Shown in pieces: positions 49,972-60,900 of a stretch of 64,000 nt of DNA. The DNA is taken from contig CAJINV010000004.1 in assembly GCA_905178155.1 (NCBI GenBank), positions 2,378,228-2,442,227 on the forward strand, read 5' to 3'. Both the position numbers and the translations under genes were made by a program. This stretch comes from Amoebophrya sp. A120 (taxonomy: Eukaryota > Protista > Dinoflagellata). The notes below the pieces were generated by a model, which was not told where the DNA came from, made no database searches, and saw nothing but the letters and a program-made list of their open reading frames with translations. Positions within the stretch are counted from its first letter, which is position 1; each line of letters opens with the position of its first letter.

Positions 49972-50826
49972 AAGGCTTCATGCCACCCATCGGTCGGAAG
50001 AAAACTAAACAGAGATGAATACAGTCTCGGCTGTGGGGATGAACGATCCACCGGACGAGTTGTTTCTGTTTATTTTCCATCGGTTTTACTGTTTGTAATT
50101 GTATTTACCCCGGGCTCGGTCTCCCTCTGTGCAGTTGGGAAGAATGGAATCGAAGGACAATTGAAGTATGACTTCGGTCCTTGCTTGTCCAGCAGAAGTA
50201 GATCGGAAGTCTCTGTAGAACAAGCTGCTTCGGAAAGAGAAGATTTTGTGCATCGGTGCGGCCACGACACGCTTGACAATACATAGAACTACCTACAGCT
50301 GGTCGGAAGCTCCCAACAAGTGTGGACAAGTAAATAATAGAATCACCTTGATGAATTATTTATTTTAAAGTTTTTCTATTACTATTACACAGGATCAGGA
50401 GCCCTTTCTATTCGAGTCTTTACTTCTTACGATAGCCGTAACTAGTAGCCGAATCGCAAGTCAAAAGAAGCGAAAAATAAGTTTTACCAACCCCAGAAGC
50501 GGAACACGAACAAGTAAAAAGAAATTATTTTTTGCATCATTCGGAATCTCCATCTCGTCGTACTACTTTCATCAAGACCTTCTTGCTCTAAGTGTAACAA
50601 GGAGAACCAACGGAGAACCTACACAGTTCTCGTCCTGACAACGGAGAACCAACAACTTAAGTAAATCTGAAGTATAAATCAACGAGTTTGAAATTGATAC
50701 GTTTCCAGAACATCAACACTCTCGACACACAGGTGAAGAAATTGAAGTTCAAATTTCACATCGCAGGGCTTGCCGGGTCTCCTAGCTTCGGACACCCAGC
50801 ATCGGGGGTTCTGCTAGACCGCGAAA

Positions 50827-53800
50827 ATGGGAGGTAATAAATTATGGATTGCAAAAGTGTCTGGGTCTGGAAAGTTGGAACTTGTAATGCTGGTCTTGCA
50901 TTTCTGTGAAATCTGTATTGCATGACCAACAAAAGTGGTAGCCTCCCATGTCATACAAAAACGCAGCTTGTCATGCGGAGTTCGTATGAGAAAGCGTACT
51001 GCAAACTTGTCATGCTTTCCTGCATAAGGTAGTGACTTCCTCTTGCACACGACCCAGACATTTTTGCAGTTGATATAAATCCTCGCAGAACAATAACAAT
51101 TTGCCTTCCGGGCGGAACAAGATATCCTCCGTGAAAAACGCCCCAACCTCCCCAATAAAGTTGTCGTGAAAAAAATCTGTAAATCTTCAGGGTAAGCTGA
51201 TCGATTTCTCATCATGTGGCTGCACTAGTGAATCATCAGATTACAATCCTAGTACAACAGGCCCACAGCACGACTTGTCATGCGCAACAGCTAGAGCTTG
51301 TTGCTTTGTGGCGCCCATCTTGACACTGGGATGCTGGGGAGGTTTTCACACAGGATAGAAGATGGCACCAGGCGGGCTTAAGACGATGCTGTGTTTCAGC
51401 TATCAAACAAAAAAAGTTCGTCACGATCTCACTCATGCGCATTTTTGCAATACAAAACTGTCTCCTGTCATGCGTATTAGAAATGCATCACAGTCGAGCT
51501 TATTTCTGCTCGAAGACTCGGATTTCTCTTGTGTGTGTGCCTACAGAACAAGAAGAAGGGAACCTGCAAAGATGCAGGAAAAATTTGTCACGCACCGAAA
51601 CCTGCAAGTTAGTGATAGTGACTACGAACTCCAACTCTTGTCTTTCTATATCAGCGCCGCCACGACTTTTAATGTTATGCCCGGCGCGCACGGGCTTCTG
51701 CGGGTGATGATGGAAACAAAGAAAAAGAAGAGTGCAAGTAGCAACAAATTCGCGGCGGCGCGGGAGAACCAGTATCTGAAAATGCTGGGCGACGTTTCGA
51801 CTTCTGTCCAAGACCTTCGCACGCAACTTTCCCAGCATGCCACGGCTATCGGCAGCATGCAGACGATATGCAACACAAAAACTGTGTGAGTGTAAGTCTG
51901 TGATGCAGAGAATGCAAAACAGTAATATGCTTGTCATTCTGGATGTGCGTCATAGAAGACTACTAACTTTCATACGTGTTTTCACGTACGAGCTGCGCAT
52001 CGCAGGTTTTTTCTGTAATGCACAAGGAATTTGTGATGCTGTTGCTGTTCTTCCTACAAAATTACACTTACACAGTTTTTTTCTTGGATAGTCTAAAGAA
52101 GTGCATCAGCAGAAGCAAATCGACTACTTGACGGGGCTATGCATTGCAAATGTGTCTGGGTCTGGAAGGTTGCAAATTTGTGATGCTGTCTTTGGATTCT
52201 TAGAAAATTTGTGATGCTATTGCTAGGTCATCGATTGCAGGCATCCAGGGTCAAGATTCAAAATATGCATGACAAACCTGGCAATATTCCAGACCCAGAC
52301 ATATTTGCATTTGATACGGGCATTTGAATCAATTGAAGCGCAGCATTGACATATCGCAAGAAAAAACTGTTTCACTGTGAACTTGTGACGCAGGAAATGG
52401 AACACGACACTCTTTGTCTTGCTACACATGCAAGACATAGGATAATTTTCAAGCATATGTTTTCACTTGGAAAGCGCGCATGGCAAAGTTTCGGTGTCAT
52501 GTGTACACAAACTTGCGACGAAGATCTTGTAAAAGAATCACAGTGAAACACGATTTCCCGACGATATTAAGGCCTCGCGTTTGGCGACGCCGAGAAATGC
52601 GCGGCGGAGATCATGAACCCGACGAGCGGAAGCCACTTTGCGGTGTACACCTGGAATCGTGCCCCGCACACCTCTATGGATTGCAAATATGTCTTCTGCG
52701 TCTGGAAGAGTATCAAGTTTGCCTTGCGGTGCAGCTTGTTTTGCATGACCCGGAAGGAGCAAGTCTGGAATGCGAGCCGTAGCGTCTTCACAAGTTTTTG
52801 GAAGGCTCCTCGATGTTGCCTATCCTGTGCATGAGAAATGTCGCCTCGTCCAGGTGACCAAAATTGGGTGGCTTTTGCTACACATGCCATACACATATTT
52901 TTGTTTCCACCTCAAGTAGATGTTGTAACAACATCTAGCGTCAATTTTCACAAACTCAGACTGTTCCAGATTCAGGCACTTTTGCAGTTAATAACGTCCA
53001 GTCCGGAGCCCCTGGAGCCCGGGCTGCCCCTGGAGAAGCGACTGAAAGCAGAGGAGACCAATCTTTGGCACGAGAGATACGACCTTTACCCCGGGGACAC
53101 GAAAACCGTTCGCGCCTTTGACGGGCAGAGTAAACAGTGTGACACGTTTCGGATATTCGTCGTTCGCCAGAACAGCTATCATTTGTAAAAACGTCCCCAC
53201 CCCATAGTCAAGTTGGTAAATCTGCAACACAAATCTCCAAGTTATGGGAGTTTTGCATGACAAGTTTCTATCTGTAGTGTCGTGCTGTTTGGCAAGGGCA
53301 GACGCATGAGAAGGCCAGCTTCTCATCCCGTTTACAGCATTTTTACAAGGTCCAAAACAGGATTGGAAATGCCTCTCATGCAGATCCTCATTACAAAAAC
53401 TAATGTTGCTCTCATTGCGCATTTGCATGACAACTCTGGGGGAGGCAAACGCAAAGGGTGTCGCACTTCTGTTTAGCATGACAACTCTGGGGTGGATACG
53501 TTTTTTCATAGGATAACAGCCGCAACATATTCACGCGCAAGTACAGCGACAAAATGATGCAGCTGGAAAACGGCAAATCCTACGTGATTATGGCGCCCAA
53601 TGAAGTCATGCTCCAGGGTATGGAAGCGTCAGGATGGAAATCGACAAAGTATGGATGAAATAATTTCTCATGCACAAAATCGATAACAGTTTTTAGAGCC
53701 AAACTGTATAGTCGGCACATGACAAATTTTCCCTCCGCCGGAAGCGAATCTGTCACGCTGTTTAGGGCAAGGAGCTCCCCTCTGTCATGCTAGTCAGCAT

Positions 53801-54516
53801 GCAGGCGCAGCCCAATTTTTGACCCTTAGCAGGGCTATGATCTGCCTCCTTTGCATTTTCTGCAATAGAGGCACCCTCTGCGTCGCATTTTATGCATTGC
53901 AAATCATTTTAACTATGGCGATTTCGATTCTGACACGACTCCCATAACGGGCGAAATGGCCCTGCGGCAGCAAACATCGGGAGGAGCCATCACTCCCTCG
54001 ACCGCTGTCCCGTCTACTGTGAGGAAAAATCCCCCCTCCCTATACTGAAAAGGTATATTTCTGAAAATTTGCGATGCTGATTTGTGGCCGCAAATCCTGC
54101 GTCTGCCTCTCTTGCAAGAGGGCAAACTCAGAAACTCTGCCACGATATGCAGGCGATTTGTAATGCTGAAAGGCCTACAGGGCAGACGTCTGCCATGCTA
54201 GGCCCCTACACCAAAGGGCCCCCCCTTAGGCTTACGATCTGCCTGCAGTGCCTTACTGCAACACAAATGTGATTTGTGTACTCAAATACAGCAACACAAA
54301 TTTCGTTTTCGATATGGGGAAGGGGGATTTTTCCTTTTGATACCGTCTGGGAGCGCTTCAGTTGCGTCCGACACGGAAGATGATGCTGCTGCGCCTGATG
54401 CATATCAAGCTCTGCGTGGTGCTACGACTCCATTTGACGATGATCAAATGCCGATGCCGTCTGCTCCGCCGGGTGCTCCAACTCCAATTCCGTCTGGCCC
54501 TCCGGAAAACCGTTAG
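50827..54516 (+). CDS. Hypothetical 329-aa protein split into 11 exons by 10 TIR introns
   Basis: Removing 10 elements plus one 5-mer each (2,700 of 3,690 nt) leaves 990 nt, open from ATG to TAG: MGGNK|SSQNNNNLPSGRNK|MAPGGLKTMLCFS|AATTF...MQT|KEVHQQKQIDYLTG|HLNQLKRSID|SLAFGD...PHTS|SPEPLE...RQNS|RNIF...MLQG|EMALRQ...VPS|GSASV...PPENR. Central coiled-coil-like segment, Pro-rich tail. Confidence 0.82.
50843..51075. mobile_element. TIR intron, family A, 233 bp
   Basis: TATGGATTGCAAAAGTGTCTGGGTC...GACCCAGACATTTTTGCAGTTGATA; direct repeat TAAAT. Confidence 0.9.
51123..51357. mobile_element. TIR intron, family D-like (diverged), 235 bp
   Basis: TATCCTCCGTGAAAAACGCCCCA...TGGGGAGGTTTTCACACAGGATA; direct repeat CAAGA/GAAGA. 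Confidence 0.85.
51401..51650. mobile_element. TIR intron, singleton family, 250 bp; in frame and stop-free
   Basis: TATCAAACAAAAAAAGTTCGTCACGATCTCACT...AGTGATAGTGACTACGAACT..TCTTTCTATA; direct repeat TCAGC; internal TGTCATGC and GCATCACA motifs. Confidence 0.8.
51867..52090. mobile_element. TIR intron, family C, 224 bp
   Basis: TATGCAACACAAAAACTGTGTGAGTGTAA...TTACACTTACACAGTTTTTTTCTTGGATA; flanks GACGA/GTCTA (3/5). Confidence 0.87.
52138..52316. mobile_element. TIR intron, family A, internally deleted, 179 bp
   Basis: TATGCATTGCAAATGTGTCTGGGTCTGGAA...TTCCAGACCCAGACATATTTGCATTTGATA; flanks GGGGC/CGGGC; both ends align to 31801-32062. Confidence 0.9.
52352..52566. mobile_element. TIR intron, family F, 215 bp
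   Basis: TATCGCAAGAAAAAACTGTTTCACTGTG...CACAGTGAAACACGATTTCCCGACGATA; flanks TGACA/TTAAG (2/5), frame still restored. Confidence 0.85.
52675..52993. mobile_element. TIR intron, family A (diverged), 319 bp
   Basis: TATGGATTGCAAATATGTCTTCTGCGTCTGGAA...TTCCAGATTCAGGCACTTTTGCAGTTAATA; flanks ACCTC/ACGTC. Confidence 0.85.
53177..53515. mobile_element. TIR intron, family D, 339 bp (internal 51-bp gain)
   Basis: TATCATTTGTAAAAACGTCCCCACCCC...GGGGTGGATACGTTTTTTCATAGGATA; direct repeat ACAGC; close to 42207-42495. Confidence 0.93.
53619..53946. mobile_element. TIR intron, family G, 328 bp
   Basis: TATGGAAGCGTCAGGATGGAAATCG...CGATTTCGATTCTGACACGACTCCCATA; flanks CAGGG/ACGGG (3/5). Confidence 0.85.
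54015..54342. mobile_element. TIR intron, family B, 328 bp; left terminus diverged (TACTGTG)
   Basis: TACTGTGAGGAAAAATCCCCCCTCCC...GGGGAAGGGGGATTTTTCCTTTTGATA; direct repeat CCGTC. Confidence 0.9.
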
Positions 54517-55062
54517 AAGGCGATGGAGATGCCCAAGACGATTAAACCGAAAAATAAACTCAACCGACGTCGAGGTAAAAAGACAAACTCAACCGTCGAA
54601 GCGCGTGCTTGACGTGACCACATAAAATATGAGTCGGCTCGACACAAATTATGAGGAATTTTTACGCGGCAAAAACTATAACTACGTTGTGACTACTTGA
54701 TAGACGCGCCGTCAGTTCTTTTGCTAGTATACTTTATCATAAGCAAATGCATCACCATCACTCGTCACACTTTCAGAAAAAATAATTTCGTCGATTTCTT
54801 TACGTGATCAGGAACAGGATCACAAGGAATTTTCATCAACAGAGTGTGATGGTGTTGCGAAGAAACGAACACAGTTCAAGCGTAAGTTACCTTTTAAACG
54901 CAAAAAATCTATAAATGAAAATCGAGGAAGATGTCGAGGTACAAGCCCAATCTGCATGATGTGACCACGTAGCGGGTCATCTGACAGAAATATATCGATA
55001 ATTTTTTTGTAACTTCACTAGACTATATTTTGGGTCCAGAAAAAAAAAATAAAATATCACGC

Positions 55063-55115
55063 AAGGAGAAAAGTCAAAGCTGTTAAGGAGAAAAGTCCTG
55101 CCAAGGAGAAAAGTC
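55063..55115. repeat. Three direct copies of AAGGAGAAAAGTC
   Basis: Exact 13-mer at 55063, 55085 and 55103. Confidence 0.85.
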
Positions 55116-57156
55116 CAGCCAAAAGAAAAAAGCCCGAGCGCGCAACAGCTCGCGCGGTGTGGGGACTGGTCCCGCTCTTTTTCGTGAGAAGTGGCATCGG
55201 AGAAAGTCACCGTGACAAATTTCGCCCCTAGCGTTCAAACTTTCTGTAGCGTGTCCCAACCTCCGCACTTGTTAGTCGGGATGATTATGTTGGGGGCGCA
55301 CGAAGTAGGGCAGTTTTTGCGCCCCCGCACCAGTGCAAGGGTTTCCAACCAGGTATGAAAGTAATGGCGCACGGGTGCGCGTTTCGTCGATTTCTTGCGA
55401 CGATACTTTTCAGGCCGCAGGATGTTTGGATCTATTTTCACCAAGAATCTGCGCGATTCATCGGCCCCCTTCTCAATTCCGAGAAGGGGGCGGATGGCGG
55501 ATTCTGGCTGACGTTGCTCCCGGTCCCGCATCCCGAAGTCAAGGGGCTGGCTATCGGAAGCTTTGCTCGGAATGAAGATAGGCCTGGTGGTGGGTTTTGC
55601 GTTGTGTTTGGTTTTGCGCTTTTGCACCGACGCGGGCGGCGATGCCTCGTTGAAGTAAGAAAGGCGCAAACCCAGACCCGGCGCCCGCAAAAAGCGGAAG
55701 CCAGGGAGGGCCGCGAAAAAAATCTCCGCGCGCGCTGCGCGCGCGGAGAGAAGTTCTTGCAGCCGAGCCGCAGGCCGTGCGGGCTTCGAAATGAGCGAAG
55801 GGGGTTCGGCAAACTCAACTCCCCGAATTTGCCACGCGCGCAGCGCCTTCCTTGTGGGGCAACTTCTTCTCCGTGCGGCGCACGCGCGGCCCGGCCCCTC
55901 CCATTCATATGGAACGCCTAAAATTTTTCTCGCGCGCTGCGCGCGCTGGCTGCCCGTCCCCTCTTTGTTTCTCTTGGCCCGTTTTTTGCTCACGCGGGGG
56001 CCTCCTTGCTGCAGGGGACGACAAAAAAGTTGTCGCGCGCAACGCACACAGCCTTGGGCTTCCTTCTTTGGGGGGCAAGCCCGTGCAGAATCCGCTTTGC
56101 GCAAGCGGCCTTTGATGTCCGTGCTTGTGTGGTTGGAGGGCGCCTGGTATTTTTTCCGCGTACCAGGCACGCAGCCTAGCCTCGTCGCCTTGGGGGGGGG
56201 AGGGTCTGAAAGATCTCTTTCGCACACCGTGCACGCGGAAGCGCACCGAGCTGGCGCAATTTCCCCGGTGCGTCTATTTTCTCTGCGTGTGGGGGGAGCC
56301 TGCTCTGATTTGCTGCTAGCCCGGCGGAGATGGGGCAGCATGGCGTGCGCGCGGTGGTGCTGACTCTGCTTGCGCGGCACGGCAAAGGCGACGCGCGCGC
56401 GGCCCGGAATTTTCTCCGGACCCGCGGCCCTGTTCCCAAAACCGCAAAAAAAAACTTCTTCGCGCGCTGCCGCGCGCGCGTGCGAATTCCATTGGCCCGC
56501 TTGCCTGCGCCGCCGGCGAAGGCCACAAGCCGTACGCCCCCCCTGCTGTCCTAGGCCGTGTGGGCGTTGCTGAGCGATTTCGTTGTGGGGCCTTTGCCGG
56601 GCTGCAGCGCGTGGCACATGGGGTACCGGCTACCCGAGGGAGGCGCCGTGTGTTGCCCTAGGGTGGTACTGGGGGCGTGCCGCGAGTCCTTGGCGCGGCG
56701 CTTTTTTTTCGCTTTCTTACTGTCTTTTTTCCCGCAGTGCTGTGTTTAGCATAGTGTATTCTGGCTAAGGATACCCTGGGAACAGCTCACGCGGTGCCAA
56801 CATAAGTCCCAGGCTGGCTGTGGAGGTGTTTTTGGTCTCGCGCAGAGAATGGCTTGGTGCAGGACGCTGGGCGTTTTTCCCGTCGCGCAGTGTTTAGCAT
56901 AGGGTATTCTGGCTACCCTGGGCGCGGCTTGCCCAGGATAGGTGCGGGTCTGTAGGTCGATTTTTGCCTCTGAATGTAGCGGGAGGTCGCTGAGTGTAGC
57001 GTAGGGAGAGGCCCCGTAGCAGGGGCCTGTGCCCGGAGACCGTTTTTTTTGTGCCCTGAACGCATTCGCCCCTCGTTTTCTCTTTAAGAAGTCCGTTTTC
57101 CCATCATCTTCTTCACGATGTCGGGGCTTCTCGAGATTTCCTTCAGAAGGGGACAT

Positions 57157-57390
57157 TTGGGAAATCCTTTCTCCTGGGCTTTTCGCATGATTTCCTTTGG
57201 GAAATCCCTTCTCCTGGGCTTTCCGCATGATTTCCTTTGGGAAATCCCTTCTCCTGGGCTTTCCGCGTGATTTCCTTTGGGAAATCCCTTCTCCTGGGTT
57301 TTCCGCGTGATTTCCTTTGGGAAATGCCTTCTCCTGGGCTTTCCGCATAATTTCTTTTAGGAAATCGCTCGCCCCTGGGCTTTCCGCGTT
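57157..57390. repeat. 40-bp tandem repeat (~6 copies) with internal hairpin
   Basis: Unit GATTTCCTTTGGGAAATCCCTTCTCCTGGGCTTTCCGCRT; GATTTCC/GGAAATC is self-complementary. Confidence 0.92.
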
Positions 57391-57540
57391 ATAGGAAATC
57401 TCTTCCTTAGGAGCCGGCCGCTGATCTCCGCGTCAACACGTACTGGAAGCAAGCTCCTTCTGATCTCCACTGCGAAACAGAGCGGAGACGAGCTCGGTGG
57501 CTAGGGTCTGGGTGGGATAGGGCCTGTCATAAGTATCGCG

Positions 57541-57677
57541 GTTTCTCCTTTGATATGGATCAGAGGGTCCGCGATGTCGGACTTTTCTCCTTTGATATGG
57601 ATCAGACGACTTTTCTCCTTTGATATGGATCAAAGGAGAAAAGTCCGGACTTTTCTCCTTGCAAAGGAGAAAAGTCC
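57541..57677. repeat. Palindromic array of GACTTTTCTCCTT/AAGGAGAAAAGTC
   Basis: Copies at 57580, 57608, 57633, 57648, 57664 (last four alternate in orientation); AAGGAGAAAAGTCCGGACTTTTCTCCTT (57633-57660) is a perfect 28-bp palindrome. Confidence 0.9.
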
Positions 57678-57715
57678 GCTGGATTGATACCAGAGCGAGC
57701 AGCTCCTGGTCCAAG

Positions 57716-57900
57716 TCCTTCTGTTTTTGCTTCAAATCTTTCCGTTTTAGCATCAAATCCTTCTGCTTTGGCATCAAATCCTTCTGCTTTAGCATCAAAT
57801 CCTTCTGCTTTAGCATCAATTCCTTCTGTTTTAGCATCAATTCCTTCTGTTTTAGCGTCAATTCCTTCTGTTTTAGCATCAATTCCTTCTGTTTTTGCTT
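57716..57900. repeat. 21-bp tandem repeat (~9 copies)
   Basis: Unit TCCTTCTGYTTTAGCATCAAW; reads QKELMLK/QKDLMLK on the minus strand. Confidence 0.92.
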
Positions 57901-60900
57901 TTTTCTAAATATCACACATGTTGTGATATCAGCAGCGCAATCGACTTTTCTCCTTTGGTCCTGTGATATCACGTGATATCACGTGATATCAAAGGAGAAA
58001 AGTCTTTTTTCAAAGTTTAAAGACCCTTGTTGGAAGACGAGATGATCTTGATCTTCGACTCCTATGCGACGCCGTTTGTCGATATAATGCGACTCCTCCT
58101 CGAGATTGGACCCGAAGACGCAGGTGTGCGCCGATACGTAGTCGTGTAAAACTAGATCTACCACGAAGGTTCAAACTCTATCGAAAAGTGAGCACAACAT
58201 GCTGCAACCCAGGCACCCGCCTTACTAGCCTTGCCTGATCGACGCTCGAAGGTGCAGTGCTCTGATTTAGCGAAGGAAAGAGGTAGAGATTTCGAGCACC
58301 ATGTAATTAGACGAAGACAACAAGGAGCAACCACAGAAGTACTTAATATTGGTATTAAACTCAGATTGCACAGACGCGGCAGTAGGTGCGGACCCTCTCA
58401 CGATTTTGTAGAATGCAGCAAAGTGCACACATAAAAAAATAATTTTCTCAGGCAGCGCGAGCGCCTTCGTTCGCGCTTCCGTAGGTAGTAGACAGTACCA
58501 TCGTAGTACGGGTGCGGAGATGGTGGCTCTAACTCAGAATGTTCTTCCATCTTCTTCACTTCTTTTCCCACCGCCCGGGCGTGCTGTGTTTTATCGTGGT
58601 TCGTTTTCTTGTCCTGGTCGTATCTAAGTATAACTAAGTAACAGTTTCTCGTCATTTTGTGTGCTCAGTCGATGGGATGGTGGATATTGTGGTTTATTCG
58701 CTGCCCTTGCACTTGAGTGGCCCATAGTCATAACTTTGACTCACGCGACGGAGTCTGTCTGGAGAAGTTCTCGCTTCGTATTTATTAGGACAAGCAAGTC
58801 CAAGCTGCTTCACCGACTTGTTATTTTCGTACCAAGAACCTCGTTCGACACCAGAGGCAGAGCTGCTGTTTTTTTACTTCGTGTCGGCCGCGCCTACATG
58901 ATCGTGCAGTAGTGAAGAAGATCCTCGGATGAAGTTTATTTGTAGAGTAGAGACAGTTGTGTTGACCTTGACGAGGAGTATCGTGCCCTGTTTCGTTCTT
59001 CCGATTTGTAATAATATCTTCGTGTTGCAGCTCGTCCTAGTACTTCTGAGGTCCTCGTGTAATTTCAATTTGATTTTGAGTCAACACAACTGCGTTTTTT
59101 GTGCCCGTGCTGAGGTTCGAGCCATCGTTTCGTACATTGAAGTAAACCGCAATTCGATTTGTTTTGTTACTCGTACACACGCAATGCTGTCGTGCCTATT
59201 TGTTTCTTGCGCGGATGAACAAGGTGGTCGACCCCCCGGGGGAGATGCCGGGTAACCAAGGTCCACTAGAAGGCTCTGTTTTTTTCCGTTTACAGAGGTC
59301 GCCCCCTTCTAGGATATTTTGCGAACAGCCCAGTTTGCGACTTGCCTCATCCCTTGTAATAGTTTATACTAGTTTGCCACTACTTGAAAACTTTGCATGC
59401 AGAAGGGATAGAGGATCTTAGCTAGAGTGCTCGTAGTGCATCGGACAGCTTGTTTCGAGTCAAAGTGTCCAACTCTTTGCATTTTAGGAAGCGCTACCGG
59501 ACTTTGCATGAGCACACCCAAAACGGATATTTATGGTTTCTGCTGTCAAAGACCAGCAGCTGGCATCCCGCTGTACCCGAACCCCAGCTGTGGCCTTTTG
59601 TATATCTTGTCATGACTTCCCGTTCCCGCCTAAACCCGTACCCTCTCCTCCTTTCCCTACCCCTCTTGTTTTGTGATTCAAATATCATGCGTGTCTCATT
59701 CACATTGAATCACGAATAGACTGGGCCGTCAGTTCAAGTCTTGCTCCCCATTTTTGAAGCGCTCTATTTAATTACCTGCTCGAAAGCGCAAAGGCTTGCA
59801 TATTTGGTATTCGGCGCCAGTGCGACGGCTAGCCGCAAGATGTTTCCTGGCTTCTGTGCCTTTGGTACTGGAGTGCTTGATCTGATGTATAGCGCTAGCC
59901 CTTTCCCGCCCATCCTTTGGAAGTACCCTACGGACCTTGCCCGGTCTATTCAGCCTTGCCAGGTCTTGCGTCCGTATCTGGCCCTTGCCCATGGAGTAGC
60001 CCTCCGTCACCCTCCCCACCCTCGTTCCCTGTCTTGCATGCTTTCTTCCAGATTATGCGCTGTGCATCTCCTGCAACTTGTTAGGGAGTGGCGGCTGTTG
60101 ATTTTCCGGACTCTCTCGTCGATGCATGTTGACGTTGCTCGTCTAGCTCAAGGCATGCATGGGCTGACGTGTCCACCAGGGCATATCTTTTGCCAGGTGC
60201 GTCTGCGTTTCGTGCCCGTGGATGGCACTCGCGTCAGTTTCGAACCGCTTGGCTCGCGTTTGTTTCCGGCCAGATACCCTCCGCAGTGGGGTGCTACGTC
60301 TCTCGTGGGCGACTACCTTCTTGCATGTTTTTCCTACCCCTTCCCCTGATCTTTCTTGTTTGTTTCTTGCGCGGATGAACAAGGTGGTCGACGTCGAGCC
60401 AGTCGAGTCTCGGCCTGCGTCGTTCGATTATACCGAGCACGGCCACAAGAACTCGAAATTGCTTTATTCCATCCATAAATTATCACAGTTGGCAATATAA
60501 GTTTAAAGGAGGTACATGCTAAAAATGTTCCCGCCCCCCGTCAAAGAGAACCGATCTTTACACAAGATATCAATAGGTAGCCTTCGCGTGGTAAAGTTTA
60601 GAAGTAAAAGGCTTCAGCGAGGACTTCTTGTAATCTCTGAGCCCATATAATTTTTAAGCATAAACAGGATAAAAATTTGGGCTACAACACCACCTCCTGA
60701 AAAAACTCTCGTTCGGTGCCGGTCTCTCTACGTCAGGATAATGGCCAAGATGTGCTTGACCATGAAACTGCAGGTACTTCAGTAGAGCAGGAGGAGCTCG
60801 TCTTGCGCCGCAGCCTTGCGGGTCAACATCCGTCGTGAACCAAAAACGTCAATCAACTACCGGGACACGACGAAGAAACGAAGGAGCTTTGCACTTGTTT

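Noticed and set aside
53614-53951. Canonical GT donors at element ends (e.g. CAGG|GTATGG at 53618)
   Set aside because: GT arises only when the flanking repeat happens to end in G; most elements lack it and no AG acceptor lies at the frame-restoring position.
57157-57390. CRISPR array
   Set aside because: Units are contiguous near-identical 40-mers without unique spacers; no cas genes; eukaryotic context.
58005-60500. Autonomous transposase or retroelement ORF mobilising the introners
   Set aside because: No DDE, RT, RNase H, integrase or recombinase motif recognisable in any frame, and no TAT...ATA TIR pair encloses it.
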